Below are positions 8,722-17,997 of a stretch of 64,000 bases of DNA, in pieces. The first letter of the stretch is position 1; each line of letters begins with the position of its first letter. The notes under the pieces are model-generated. The model did no database searches, was not told where the DNA came from, and saw nothing but the letters and a program-made list of their open reading frames with translations. This stretch comes from Myxococcota bacterium (GTDB lineage: Bacteria; Myxococcota_A; UBA9160; SMWR01). The stretch lies in assembly GCA_039030075.1 (NCBI GenBank), contig JBCCEW010000009.1:43204-107203 (forward strand). Reading direction: 5' to 3'. Made by a program: the position numbers and the translations under genes.

Positions 8722-9678
8722 CTACGCCGCGTCGAAGATCGAGGGGCGCTTCTCGATGGGAACCGCTTCTGGGTAGACCGCCGAGATCGCGAAGATGTGC
8801 TCCGGGTCCTCGAGGCGCTCGAGGTCGAAGCGCAGGTCGAGACCGCGCGCCTCGAAGTCGGCGTCGAAGACGCTTGCCACGTCCTCGAAGGAGAGCGGGT
8901 GCTGGAGGGCAACGCGCTCGTGCTCGGCGTCGCGGTAGATGTCGGCCTTCCAGAGCACGCTGACACGATAGGCGGCGAGCGGTGCTTCGAACTGGACCTC
9001 GCCCCGGTCGCGCACTGCCCAGCGGTCCCCGCCGGCCGGCGTCAACTCGGCGCGCGGGGTCACGAGGGGCGTACCGCGATCGAAGGGCCCGACCGGACCG
9101 ACCTGGTGGAACATGCCGTGGTTGTCGCCGATCAGCGCGGTGTTCGCCATCTGGCCGATGTGTTCGGCCGGCGGCTTCTCGGGCCCGTCGGGCCAGTAGA
9201 GGAGGCCGCCTCCCTCCACGTCGTTCATCCACCAGATCGAGGTTGCCTGCACGATCGCCTGTTCGTCGAAGAGCCCGGACCAGAGCATCGTGCGCAAGAG
9301 CCACATCGGCGTGTTGCTGCGGTCGCGTCCCTGGAAGCGCGGATTGTCCGTGTGGGCGGGACCGCTGCGTTCCATCGCCACCATCAGGTTCACGTAGAGG
9401 CTGTGCGGGCGCACGACTTCGGCGCCGTAGAAGTCGCGCGCGGCCTGGTGCACGCGTGGATGATCGAGGAAGAGCTCGCTGCCGGGGACCTGGAGATCCG
9501 CGTGCACCCAATCGTTCTGGAACCACATCGGGCTGGTGGGGACGTCGGGGTCGAGGTCGGGCCGATACCAGCCGCCGAGCGGCGTATAGGGCGCGTTCTG
9601 TTCGAGCAGCGCGACGACGTCGCCCGGATCTTCGATGACGTCCCGCAACAGCAGGGGCGGATCGCTGTAGTGGATCAT
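8722..9678 (-). CDS. Hypothetical protein; possible non-haem Fe(II) oxygenase fold (HxD...H)
   Basis: 318 aa from ATG 9678 (MIHYSDPP...). Normal amino-acid composition. Candidate facial triad 'PAHTDNP' ... 'GDNHGMFHQV'. No family recognised. Confidence 0.55.
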   Translation of the reverse strand: MIHYSDPPLLLRDVIEDPGDVVALLEQNAPYTPLGGWYRPDLDPDVPTSPMWFQNDWVHADLQVPGSELFLDHPRVHQAARDFYGAEVVRPHSLYVNLMVAMERSGPAHTDNPRFQGRDRSNTPMWLLRTMLWSGLFDEQAIVQATSIWWMNDVEGGGLLYWPDGPEKPPAEHIGQMANTALIGDNHGMFHQVGPVGPFDRGTPLVTPRAELTPAGGDRWAVRDRGEVQFEAPLAAYRVSVLWKADIYRDAEHERVALQHPLSFEDVASVFDADFEARGLDLRFDLERLEDPEHIFAISAVYPEAVPIEKRPSIFDAA

Positions 9679-9818
9679 GGCGCCCAGTGTACCCGTCCCG
9701 GCGCGTCTCCAGGGGGCCGCTCGATGGCCGACGCGGGGCGCCATGAGCTCGGATTCGCTCGGCTTTTCGCGCGCAGGCCGCCCGTGCTAGGAATGGGAGA
9801 CGCCACTGGGAGTCCCCG

Positions 9819-11441
9819 ATGCCTGCCCCGCCCCAGCCGGGCTCCGCGCCCTACGACGTCCTCGTGATCGGCGCTGGCTTCTCCGGGCTCTACGCCCTGA
9901 AGAAGCTGCGCGACGACCTGGGCATGCGGGTGCGCGTCTTCGAGAGTGGCGCCGGCGTCGGCGGAACCTGGTATTGGAACCGCTACCCCGGGGCGCGCTG
10001 CGACTCGGAGAGCTTCTACTACTGCTTCTCGTTCTCCGACGAACTCGCCCAGGAGTGGGAGTGGTCTGGGAAGTATCCCGAACAGCCCGAGATCGAGCGC
10101 TACCTCAACCACGTGGCCGACCGCTTCGATCTGCGGCGCGACATCCAGCTCGAGACGCGTGTGGCGGCGGCGCGCTTCGACGAAGCCGCGAATCGCTGGG
10201 AGCTCGAGACCGAGGGCGGCGAGCGCTTCACGGCCCAGTTCGTGATCAGCGCGGTCGGCTGTCTGTCGGCCGCGAACCTTCCCGACATCCCGGGGCTCGA
10301 AGCTTTCGGCGGTGAGTCGTTCCACACGGCGCGCTGGCCGAAGGGCGGCGTCGACTTCAGCGGCAAGCGGGTCGGGCTGATCGGCACCGGTTCGACGGGG
10401 ATCCAGGCGACCCCGGTGATCGCGCGCGCGGCGCGCCACCTCACCGTCTTCCAGCGCACCCCGAACTTCACGGTGCCGGCCCGGCATGCCCCCTTCGCTC
10501 CCGAGGATCAACGGCGCATCAAGGAGAACTACGCCGAGATCTTTGCGTTGGCGCGCAGCACCTCGGGTGGCTTCCCATACCTGCCGATCGAACGCGAAGC
10601 CACGTCGGTGAGCCCCGAGGAGCGCGAGGCGGTCTTCGAGGAGCTCTGGGAGGAAGGCGGGTTCAAGTTCCTGTGGGGTGGCTTCAATGACATCCTGTCG
10701 GACCCGGTCGCCAACGAGTACGCCTCCGAGTTCATCCGCAGCAAGATCCGCGCGATGGTGGACGACCCGGAGACCGCCGAGAAACTCTGTCCCTACGGCT
10801 ATCGCTACGGCGCGAAACGACCCCCGATCGACACGGACTACTACGAGAGCTTCAACCGCGACAACGTCCGCCTGGTCGACCTGCGCAGCGACGGGATCGA
10901 ACGCATCACGGCGCAGGGGGTTCGGCTCGCGAGCGGGCCGGTCGACCTCGACGTCCTCGTCTTCGCGACGGGCTTCGACGCCATGACCGGTTCGCTGCTC
11001 AAGATCGACATCGAAGGCTTGGGAGGGCTGCGGCTGCAGGACGCCTGGAGGGAGGGGCCCCAGACGCTCCTCGGCCTCCAGATCGCCGGGTTTCCCAACC
11101 TGTTCACCGTGACCGGCCCCGGGAGTCCTTCGGTCCTGATGAACATGCCCGTCGCCATCGAGCACCACGTGGAATGGATCGCGGATTGCCTGCAACACAT
11201 GCGCGACCGCGGAGTTGCGCGGGTCGAGGCCAGCCAGGCGGCCCAGGCGGAATGGGGGGCGCACGTGCTCGAAGTCGCCGAGGACTCCTTCGTCGGCCAG
11301 GGCACCTCCTGGTACACGGGCGCCAACATTCCCGGCAAGGCTCGCGTGGTGTTGCCCTACACCGCCGGGCAGGTCCAGTACGCCGAGGAGTGCGACGCGA
11401 TCGTGGCCGACGGCTACCGCGGGTTCGTCTTCGGCGGCTAG
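9819..11441 (+). CDS. Type I Baeyer-Villiger monooxygenase (FAD/NADPH-dependent, cyclohexanone-monooxygenase-like)
   Basis: 'VLVIGAGFSGLYA' FAD Rossmann motif, 'GVGGTWYWNRYPGARCD', BVMO fingerprint 'FGGESFHTARWP' and second Rossmann motif 'VGLIGTGSTGIQ'. Confidence 0.9.
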   Translation: MPAPPQPGSAPYDVLVIGAGFSGLYALKKLRDDLGMRVRVFESGAGVGGTWYWNRYPGARCDSESFYYCFSFSDELAQEWEWSGKYPEQPEIERYLNHVADRFDLRRDIQLETRVAAARFDEAANRWELETEGGERFTAQFVISAVGCLSAANLPDIPGLEAFGGESFHTARWPKGGVDFSGKRVGLIGTGSTGIQATPVIARAARHLTVFQRTPNFTVPARHAPFAPEDQRRIKENYAEIFALARSTSGGFPYLPIEREATSVSPEEREAVFEELWEEGGFKFLWGGFNDILSDPVANEYASEFIRSKIRAMVDDPETAEKLCPYGYRYGAKRPPIDTDYYESFNRDNVRLVDLRSDGIERITAQGVRLASGPVDLDVLVFATGFDAMTGSLLKIDIEGLGGLRLQDAWREGPQTLLGLQIAGFPNLFTVTGPGSPSVLMNMPVAIEHHVEWIADCLQHMRDRGVARVEASQAAQAEWGAHVLEVAEDSFVGQGTSWYTGANIPGKARVVLPYTAGQVQYAEECDAIVADGYRGFVFGG

Positions 11442-11553
11442 TCGCGGCCGGCGAACCCGCATTTCCGGCGCGCTTCTTGCCGTAGTCGGACCGGCATCCG
11501 AGCCCACGACCCGGCGGTGCGACCGCTGGGTTGGCGCGGTTGCTCCTCCCCGC

Positions 11554-12060
11554 TCACCGGAGCGGGAGTTCCTGCTGCGGATCGCGTTCGTCGATCGCGA
11601 GGGGCAGGGATCGCAGCCAAGCCGTCCAGTCGAGTGGCAGCCCGTGGTGGCGTGCGCCCCGCAACAGGAGACCGAGGTAACGCCGCGAGGGCTTCCGTCC
11701 CGCCACGCCCCGCTGCGACACATAGGTGAACGCGGACCGCTTGGTTCCGTGCTCGAGGTCGACCGCGACTCCGGCGCGCGTGTAGAAGCCGTGCTGCACG
11801 CCCTCGGTACGGTCGAGGAGCTGGGCCTGCTCGTCGGCGATCTCGTAGAGGACGCCGTGGACGTGCGCTCCGGGCGTGCGGCGTAGATTCGCGACGCCGC
11901 GTTCTCCCGGACCGACGGGCAGGTCGAAGACGAGGGCGTAGTCGTCGAGGCGGCCGACGCACGCGTCGCGGGGACGCATCCGCCTGCGCCCGACGAAGGT
12001 GCCCGGGTCGAGGTTGCTGCCGTAGGCGAAGTACCAGGACCACTGTGTCTCCGTCGCCAT
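11554..12060 (-). CDS. Gamma-glutamylcyclotransferase/AIG2-like family protein
   Basis: ATG 12060. The N-terminal 'WYFAYGSNLDP' motif and the ~168-aa size are typical of GGCT-like proteins. Confidence 0.75.
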   Translation of the reverse strand: MATETQWSWYFAYGSNLDPGTFVGRRRMRPRDACVGRLDDYALVFDLPVGPGERGVANLRRTPGAHVHGVLYEIADEQAQLLDRTEGVQHGFYTRAGVAVDLEHGTKRSAFTYVSQRGVAGRKPSRRYLGLLLRGARHHGLPLDWTAWLRSLPLAIDERDPQQELPLR

Positions 12061-12152
12061 ACCCACGAGCGTATCCGGAGGACGCGCGCGGCCCATCGCT
12101 CCGGCTCGGCCTCGGGGGGCGGGCAGAGTGTCAGCCGAACGCCGGTGCATTG

Positions 12153-12170
12153 TTAAACCAACTGGTTTAA
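12153..12170. promoter_or_regulatory. Perfect 8-2-8 inverted repeat TTAAACCA-AC-TGGTTTAA; candidate ArsR-family operator
   Basis: AT-rich dyad in GC-rich DNA, ending 9 nt upstream of the ArsR-family ATG (12180) and followed by TATCAT. Lies in the divergent region shared with the GGCT-like gene. Confidence 0.5.
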
Positions 12171-12179
12171 TATCATCGC

Positions 12180-12533
12180 ATGGCTGGAGTGGCTCCGGAA
12201 TCCACGCTGGATCGCACCTTCCGCGCTCTCGCGGATCCGACCCGCCGCGCGATCCTGGCGCAGCTGCGGGCTGGGCCTGCCAGTGTCACGGCCCTGGCCG
12301 CGCCGTTCTCCATCAGCTTCGCCGCGGTGTCGAAGCACTTGCGCGTGCTCGAGGACGCGGGCCTGGTGAGTCGCGAGAACCGGGGTCGCGAACGTCGGTG
12401 TCACCTGCAGGCGCAGCCCCTGCGCGCCGCCGCGGCCTTCGCCGCCGACTACCGAGCGTTCTGGAACGCTCGACTCGACGCACTCGAAACGTTCCTGGCC
12501 GACGACGCCCAATCGGGGCCAACGGATGACTGA
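12180..12533 (+). CDS. ArsR/SmtB family transcriptional regulator (no obvious metal-binding Cys motif)
   Basis: 'FRALADPTRRAILAQLRAGPASVTALAAPFSISFAAVSKHLRVLEDAGLV' is a classic ArsR wHTH. The stop overlaps the next start (ATGACTGA). Confidence 0.9.
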   Translation: MAGVAPESTLDRTFRALADPTRRAILAQLRAGPASVTALAAPFSISFAAVSKHLRVLEDAGLVSRENRGRERRCHLQAQPLRAAAAFAADYRAFWNARLDALETFLADDAQSGPTDD

Positions 12534-12963
12534 GAACGTCATCCGCATCGAGCGCGTGCTGTCGGCATCGCCGAAGCGTGTCTTCGACGCCTTTGCCGAC
12601 GCCAAGAGTCTCTCCGTGTGGATGTGTCCGTCGGATGAGATCTCCCACGCGACGGTCGAGGTGGATTTCCGCGTGGGAGGTCGCTTCCGGATCGCGATGC
12701 ATGGCGGCGAGCGCGACTACGTTCAGCACGGGGAATACCTCGCGATCGAGCCCGGTCGTCGTATCGAGCTGCGCTGGGTGTCCGAATGGATGCCACCCGA
12801 ACACGCCGTGACGCGTCTCGTGGTGTCCTTCGAAGCGGTCGACGGGGGAACCCGGCTTTCCCTCGAACACCGCGATCTTCCCGACGGCGATGCCTATCAG
12901 GGACATCGCGAAGGCTGGCAGCGCATCCTTGCGGCGCTGAGCCAGCATCTCACCGTCGCCTGA
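12526..12963 (+). CDS. SRPBCC (Aha1/START-like) domain protein
   Basis: 'IRIERVLSASPKRVFDAFADAKSLSVWM' and the ~145-aa size are typical of the activator-of-Hsp90-ATPase-homologue-like SRPBCC family commonly found after ArsR genes. Confidence 0.8.
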   Translation: MTENVIRIERVLSASPKRVFDAFADAKSLSVWMCPSDEISHATVEVDFRVGGRFRIAMHGGERDYVQHGEYLAIEPGRRIELRWVSEWMPPEHAVTRLVVSFEAVDGGTRLSLEHRDLPDGDAYQGHREGWQRILAALSQHLTVA

Positions 12964-12985
12964 GAGCGGCCCTCTGGAGGAAACG

Positions 12986-13651
12986 ATGCCGATCGCCCGC
13001 TTTTCCGATGAATCCCCGAAGTACGCGAAGCTGCGTGAAGAACTGCAGCAGGCCGAGGTCGCCCTGCGCGATCAGCGCGAACGGGTCGCGGCGTTACGCC
13101 GGGCACTTCCGCGCGATCACTTCGTCGAAGATCTCGTCTTCCAGGAGCTGCGCGACGGCCAGCCAGCGCCCGTGACGCTCTCGGAGCTCTTCAACGACCC
13201 GGCGAAGCCGTTGATCCTGATGCAGTTCATGTACGGCAAGTCCCAGGAGTCGCCGTGTCCGATGTGCACGGCCTTCGCCGACGGCTACGACGGAGCGATG
13301 CCCCACATCACCGAGACGGCGAACTTCGCGGTCCTCGTCGCGGGGGACATCGCGGCGTTCGCCGACTACGCGCGCGAGCGCGGCTGGCAGCATCTGCGGC
13401 TGGTGAGCGCGGGAGACGCGGACCTGAAGCGGGATCTCGGCTTCGAAGACGCAGACGGGCGCCAGAACCCAGGCGTCTCGATCTTCGAACGCCACGCGGA
13501 CGGCCGGGTCTCCCACTTCTACTCCCAGTCGGCGCTGCTCGGCGCCGAGGGCTTCCGCGGCATGGATCTGCTGTCCCCGATCTGGCACTTCCTGGACCTC
13601 CTGCCCGAGGGCCGGGGCGACTTCTTCCCGTCGCGGAGCTACGGCGGCTAG
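12986..13651 (+). CDS. DUF899-type thioredoxin-like protein
   Basis: GGAGGA SD. 'YAKLREELQQAEVALRDQRERVAALRRALP' followed by a CxxC motif, 'SPCPMCTAF'. This matches my recollection of DUF899. Confidence 0.75.
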   Translation: MPIARFSDESPKYAKLREELQQAEVALRDQRERVAALRRALPRDHFVEDLVFQELRDGQPAPVTLSELFNDPAKPLILMQFMYGKSQESPCPMCTAFADGYDGAMPHITETANFAVLVAGDIAAFADYARERGWQHLRLVSAGDADLKRDLGFEDADGRQNPGVSIFERHADGRVSHFYSQSALLGAEGFRGMDLLSPIWHFLDLLPEGRGDFFPSRSYGG

Positions 13652-13713
13652 CGCCGAACGCGCGGCAAGCCCGCCCGCTACAATGCGCAGCCGCCAACCC
13701 AGGGGGGCCGCGC

Positions 13714-14877
13714 ATGACCAAACCGCTCGCCGACGCCGCGTTCGAAACACGGGCGATCCACGTCGGAAACCACGCCGATCCCGAAACCGGCGCGGTGATG
13801 CCGCCGATCTACACCACCTCCACCTTCGCCCAGGAGCGCCCGGGGGTGACGCGCGGCTACGACTACACGCGTTCGGGGAACCCGAACTTCACCCGTCTCG
13901 GCGAGACCCTGGCCTCGCTCGAAGGCGGCGAGTACGCGACGGTGTTCGCGAGTGGGATGGCCGCGATCACCGCGGTGATCTCGACGCTCGGGCAGGGCGA
14001 CGAGGTCCTGGCCGAGGAGAACGTCTACGGCTGCACCTTCCGCATCTTCGACCGGGTGTTCGAGAAGTTCGGGGTGTCGGTGCGCTACGTCGACTTCACG
14101 GATCCGGCGGCCCTCGCCGTGCTCGAGGAGTCCCGTCCCGCCCTCGTGTGGCTCGAGTCCCCGACGAACCCGCTGCTCAAGGTGCTGGACATCGCCGCCA
14201 TCAGCGAGGTGGCGGCGCGCGTCGGAGCGCCGGTGCTCGTCGACAACACCTTCGCGTCGCCGTACTTCCAGCGCCCTCTCGAGCTCGGGGCCACGCTCTC
14301 GCTCTCGTCGACCACGAAGTACGTCAACGGCCACTCGGATTGCCTGGGCGGCGTGGTGGTGACGCGCGACGCCGCATGGCAGGAACAGATGGTCTTCGCC
14401 CAGAAGGCGGTGGGACTCAACCCGTCCCCCTTCGACACCTGGCTCGTCGCGCGCGGCGTGAAGACCCTCGCGCTGCGGATGGAGCGCCATCACGAGAACG
14501 CGCTCGCGCTCGCGACCTGGCTCGAGTCGGTGTCCCGGGTGCGCTGGGTGCGCCACCCGTTCCTCGACTCCCACCCCCAGGTCGATCTCGCCCGGCGACA
14601 GATGCGCGGCGGCTCGGGCATCGTGAGCTTCGAACTCGACGCCACGCTCGAAGAGACGTCGGCCTTCGTGTCCCATCTCGAGCTCTTCGCGTTGGCCGAG
14701 AGTCTCGGCGGCGTCGAGTCCCTGGTGGACCACCCGGCCAGCATGACCCATGCGAGCATCCCGCGCGCCGAGCGCGAGAAGGTCGGGATCTCCGACGGCC
14801 TGGTGCGGCTCTCGGTCGGGATCGAGGCGCTGGAGGATCTTCGGGCGGACCTGGAGCGCGGCCTCGCGCGGCTCTAG
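13714..14877 (+). CDS. PLP-dependent trans-sulfuration enzyme (cystathionine gamma-synthase/gamma-lyase family)
   Basis: Starts MTKPLADAAFETRAIHVG. Contains 'YDYTRSGNPN' and the PLP-lysine motif 'SSTTKYVNGHSD'. The upstream part of ORF 13255..14877 overlaps the previous gene and is discarded. Confidence 0.85.
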   Translation: MTKPLADAAFETRAIHVGNHADPETGAVMPPIYTTSTFAQERPGVTRGYDYTRSGNPNFTRLGETLASLEGGEYATVFASGMAAITAVISTLGQGDEVLAEENVYGCTFRIFDRVFEKFGVSVRYVDFTDPAALAVLEESRPALVWLESPTNPLLKVLDIAAISEVAARVGAPVLVDNTFASPYFQRPLELGATLSLSSTTKYVNGHSDCLGGVVVTRDAAWQEQMVFAQKAVGLNPSPFDTWLVARGVKTLALRMERHHENALALATWLESVSRVRWVRHPFLDSHPQVDLARRQMRGGSGIVSFELDATLEETSAFVSHLELFALAESLGGVESLVDHPASMTHASIPRAEREKVGISDGLVRLSVGIEALEDLRADLERGLARL

Positions 14878-16778
14878 CGCCCGCCATCGTCGAATTCGCG
14901 GACGACCGCCAGGATGTCGTCGCCGAAGCGCTCGATCTTCGCCGGGCCGAGTCCGGGGATCCCTTCTAGCGCGGCGCGGCTGCGCGGGCGTTGGCGTTCG
15001 ATCGCCACGATCGTGCGCTTCTGGAACACCATGTAGGTCTTCCATTTCAGCTGGCGTGCGGTTCGGCGGCGGTAGCGGTCGAGGGCGCGGGCGATGTCGC
15101 CGCCCCCTTGCAGCGAGCCGCGCTTCTTCGTCACCCGCTGACGGCGCGGCGCATCGTCGCGCTCGCCTGCGGCGCCTCGGATCGGCTTTCCGGGGAGCCA
15201 GACCGTGGGGTACTTCTGGCCCGTGCGCTTCAGGCGCCCGTCGTCGAGGAGCCGCGTGATCGCGGCGACGATCGACGCCTCACTGTGATGGGCGAGGTTG
15301 CCGTACTCGGGCATCGAGAGGAGACCGCCGCGCGAGAGACTCTTCGCCTTGCTGCCACGCAGGGCGCGCGCGAGGTTGCCCTTGCCGACCGGACGCGACA
15401 GCCGGTCGACGGCGGCCAGGATGACGGCGTCCTCCTCGGCGGAAAGGGGTTCGACTTCGACGCGCGGCTTCGCCGTGGACTCGTTCGGTCGGGCGACGTC
15501 CTCACGACACACGTCGCAGCGTTCACAGCGTCGCTCGTCGCGCTCTCCGGTGAAGTGCTCCGAGATCACGGCCTGCCGACAGCGGCTGCCGCGCGTGTAG
15601 CCCTCGAGTGCGGCGAGCGCGCGCTCGGTACGCGCGCGCTGGGTGGCATTGTCGCCCGACGCGAGCCGTCGCTGGGTCTGGAGGTCCGAGGCGCCGAAGA
15701 AGAGCAGGCACTCGGCGGGGGCTCCATCGCGCCCGGCCCGGCCGGCTTCCTGGTAGTAGGCCTCGAGGCTGCCTGGAGACTGGAAGTGCACGATCAGGCG
15801 GATGTCCGGCAGGTCGATGCCCATGCCGAAGGCGTTGGTCGCGACGAGGATGCGGGTGCGCCCGGCTTCGAAGGCGCGCTGTGCCCGTTCGCGCGCCAGC
15901 TGGGTGCGCCCGGCGTGGTAGTACCCGACGGGGTAGCCCTGATCCCGCAGCGTCTTCGCAACGGTCTCCGTCGTCTTCCGCGTCGCGCAGTAGACGATCG
16001 CGCGTCCGCCGCCGCGCCGGCTGCGCAGCCCCGCGTCGGTGAGCGCTTCTTCGAGCGTCCGTTGTCGCTCGGCCTGGGTGCGCAGGGGGTGCACGGAGAG
16101 CCCGAGGTTCTCCCGGGTGAAGTCACCGGACACGATCTTCGGTTCGGTGAGAGAGAGGCCGCTCTCGATCTCGGCGAGGACGTCGCGGGTGGCCGTCGCG
16201 GTCAGCGCGATCCAGGGACAGGGGGCGAGGCTGCGGAGTTCGTGGAGGCGCAGGTAGTCGGGACGAAAGTCGTGTCCCCATTGGCTCACGCAGTGGGCTT
16301 CGTCGACGGCGAGGAGCGCCGTCGGTGTTCGCCCCAGCATGCGCCGAAAGCTCTCGCGCGCCGCGCGTTCGGGTGAGACGTAGAGCAGCGCGAGTTCGCC
16401 GCGCAGGTAGGCCTTGACGGCCTGACGCTGTTCCTCGTCTTCCTGCGCGCTGTGCAGTGCGGCGGCTGCGACGCCGCGCGCACGCAGGGCGCCCACCTGG
16501 TCCTGCATCAGCGCGATCAAGGGAGACACCACCACCGTCGTGCCGAGCCCGCGACGCTGGGCCGCCAACGCCGGCACCTGATAGCAGAGGGACTTCCCCA
16601 GCCCGGTGGGGAGCAGCACGATGGCGTCTCGTCCCGACACCGCCAGAGCGACGGCCTCGTCCTGACCCGGTCGAAAGTCCTCGTAGCCGAAGACGTCGCT
16701 CAGTACGGCGCGCGCCTCGGTGAGCGTCGCGATCACCCCCATGTCCAGGTGGGTACCCGACCCCGGACGCCGGCTCAA
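14874..16778 (-). CDS. recQ: ATP-dependent DNA helicase RecQ
   Basis: 'FRPGQDEAV', 'PTGLGKSLCYQVPA', 'DEAHCVSQWGHDFRPDY', a Zn-binding Cys cluster and a C-terminal HRDC-like segment ('GIPGLGPAKIERFGDDIL'). The start could instead be the in-frame ATG at 16742. Confidence 0.9.
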   Translation of the reverse strand: MSRRPGSGTHLDMGVIATLTEARAVLSDVFGYEDFRPGQDEAVALAVSGRDAIVLLPTGLGKSLCYQVPALAAQRRGLGTTVVVSPLIALMQDQVGALRARGVAAAALHSAQEDEEQRQAVKAYLRGELALLYVSPERAARESFRRMLGRTPTALLAVDEAHCVSQWGHDFRPDYLRLHELRSLAPCPWIALTATATRDVLAEIESGLSLTEPKIVSGDFTRENLGLSVHPLRTQAERQRTLEEALTDAGLRSRRGGGRAIVYCATRKTTETVAKTLRDQGYPVGYYHAGRTQLARERAQRAFEAGRTRILVATNAFGMGIDLPDIRLIVHFQSPGSLEAYYQEAGRAGRDGAPAECLLFFGASDLQTQRRLASGDNATQRARTERALAALEGYTRGSRCRQAVISEHFTGERDERRCERCDVCREDVARPNESTAKPRVEVEPLSAEEDAVILAAVDRLSRPVGKGNLARALRGSKAKSLSRGGLLSMPEYGNLAHHSEASIVAAITRLLDDGRLKRTGQKYPTVWLPGKPIRGAAGERDDAPRRQRVTKKRGSLQGGGDIARALDRYRRRTARQLKWKTYMVFQKRTIVAIERQRPRSRAALEGIPGLGPAKIERFGDDILAVVREFDDGGR

Positions 16779-16797
16779 GCGTTGGCGCTCCGGGGCG

Positions 16798-17289
16798 TCA
16801 GAAGTCGAGGGCGGGGAGGGGCAGGGTGGAGAGGTCGCGCCCGCTCCAGGCCGTGGGCTGGAAGCGGCGGGCCGCGAAGCGCCAGCCGTCGGCGGTCTTC
16901 CGGTAGCGATCCTGATAGAGACCGAAGGCCTTGGTTTCCTGGCCGGTCTTCTTGTCGAGGCGCAGCTCGACCATGTAGATCCGTCCCATCGCCTCGCCGT
17001 CGGGCAGCTCGGGCGGCCACTCGATCCGCGCTTCGAGGACGACGAACTGGAAGAGGTCGAAGCGCGCCACCGCGCTCTCGATGAACCCCCCCAGCGCCTC
17101 GGGGCCGGTGGAGTCGATCGGGTCCTGACGGGGCATTTCGACGCGCACCACCGCGTCGGGCAGGAAGAGATCCGCGAGCTCGGGCCAGGCGCGGCGGTTG
17201 ATCACGTCGGCGTAGCGGCTGTGCAGTCGGCGGATCGCGACCCAGTCGACGGTGCGTTGGACCTCGGCAGCTTCGGGGGAAGGGGACAC
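16798..17289 (-). CDS. SnoaL/NTF2-like fold protein
   Basis: 163 aa. 'IRRLHSRYADVINRRAWPELADLF' and the C-terminal 'YRKTADGWRFAARRF' are typical of SnoaL_4-type NTF2-like proteins. Confidence 0.65.
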   Translation of the reverse strand: MSPSPEAAEVQRTVDWVAIRRLHSRYADVINRRAWPELADLFLPDAVVRVEMPRQDPIDSTGPEALGGFIESAVARFDLFQFVVLEARIEWPPELPDGEAMGRIYMVELRLDKKTGQETKAFGLYQDRYRKTADGWRFAARRFQPTAWSGRDLSTLPLPALDF

Positions 17290-17408
17290 GGGCGGCTCCT
17301 GGTTCGTGGGGAAGCCGCGACTGTGCCGGGCGTCGCGCGCGGGCGCCAGCGGTCGGGGCTAGAGTCCTCGCGCGCCCGCCCGGTCGTACCGGACGACGAG
17401 GAGGCACC

Positions 17409-17981
17409 ATGCGACGGACGATGGCTTGGATGGGGGCAGCGGGGCTCGCCCTCGTGCTGACCGCAGGGATGTGGGTCGGTTCGGCCGGGGCCGACACCGA
17501 ACAGGCGCTGACCTTCGTCGCGAAGAACGGCGTTTCCACCGCCAACGGCACCTTCCACCGCTGGGAGGTCGCCCGGGCGTCGGTCGATCCGGCGGACCTC
17601 GCCGGCGGCGAGGTGGTGGTGCGCGTCGATCTGGCCAGCGTCGACACGGGCATCGAGGACCGCGACGACCATCTGCGGACGCCGGATTTCTTCGACGTCG
17701 AGCGCTTTCCGTCGGCCACCGCGAGACTCCACAGCGCGACCCCGAACGGCACCAACGCGGCAGGCGAGCCGGTCTACGCGGTGAAGATCGATCTCGACCT
17801 CCACGGGGTGAAGAAGACCCTCGATGGGAGCTTCGTCGTGGTGCAGCCCGACCCCTTCGAAGTGCGAGGGGAGGTGGCGCTCGACCGCCTCGACTTCGGG
17901 ATCGGCGAGCCCGACCAATGGTGGAACCCGCTCGCGATCCGCGAGCGCGTCGACGTCTCCTTCCACGCGCAGCTGCCCTAG
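17409..17981 (+). CDS. YceI family periplasmic protein
   Basis: GAGGAGG SD, signal peptide, and 'VDTGIEDRDDHLRTPDFFDVERFP', the hallmark YceI motif. Confidence 0.85.
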   Translation: MRRTMAWMGAAGLALVLTAGMWVGSAGADTEQALTFVAKNGVSTANGTFHRWEVARASVDPADLAGGEVVVRVDLASVDTGIEDRDDHLRTPDFFDVERFPSATARLHSATPNGTNAAGEPVYAVKIDLDLHGVKKTLDGSFVVVQPDPFEVRGEVALDRLDFGIGEPDQWWNPLAIRERVDVSFHAQLP

Positions 17982-17997
17982 CCGATCGCGCCTTCGC

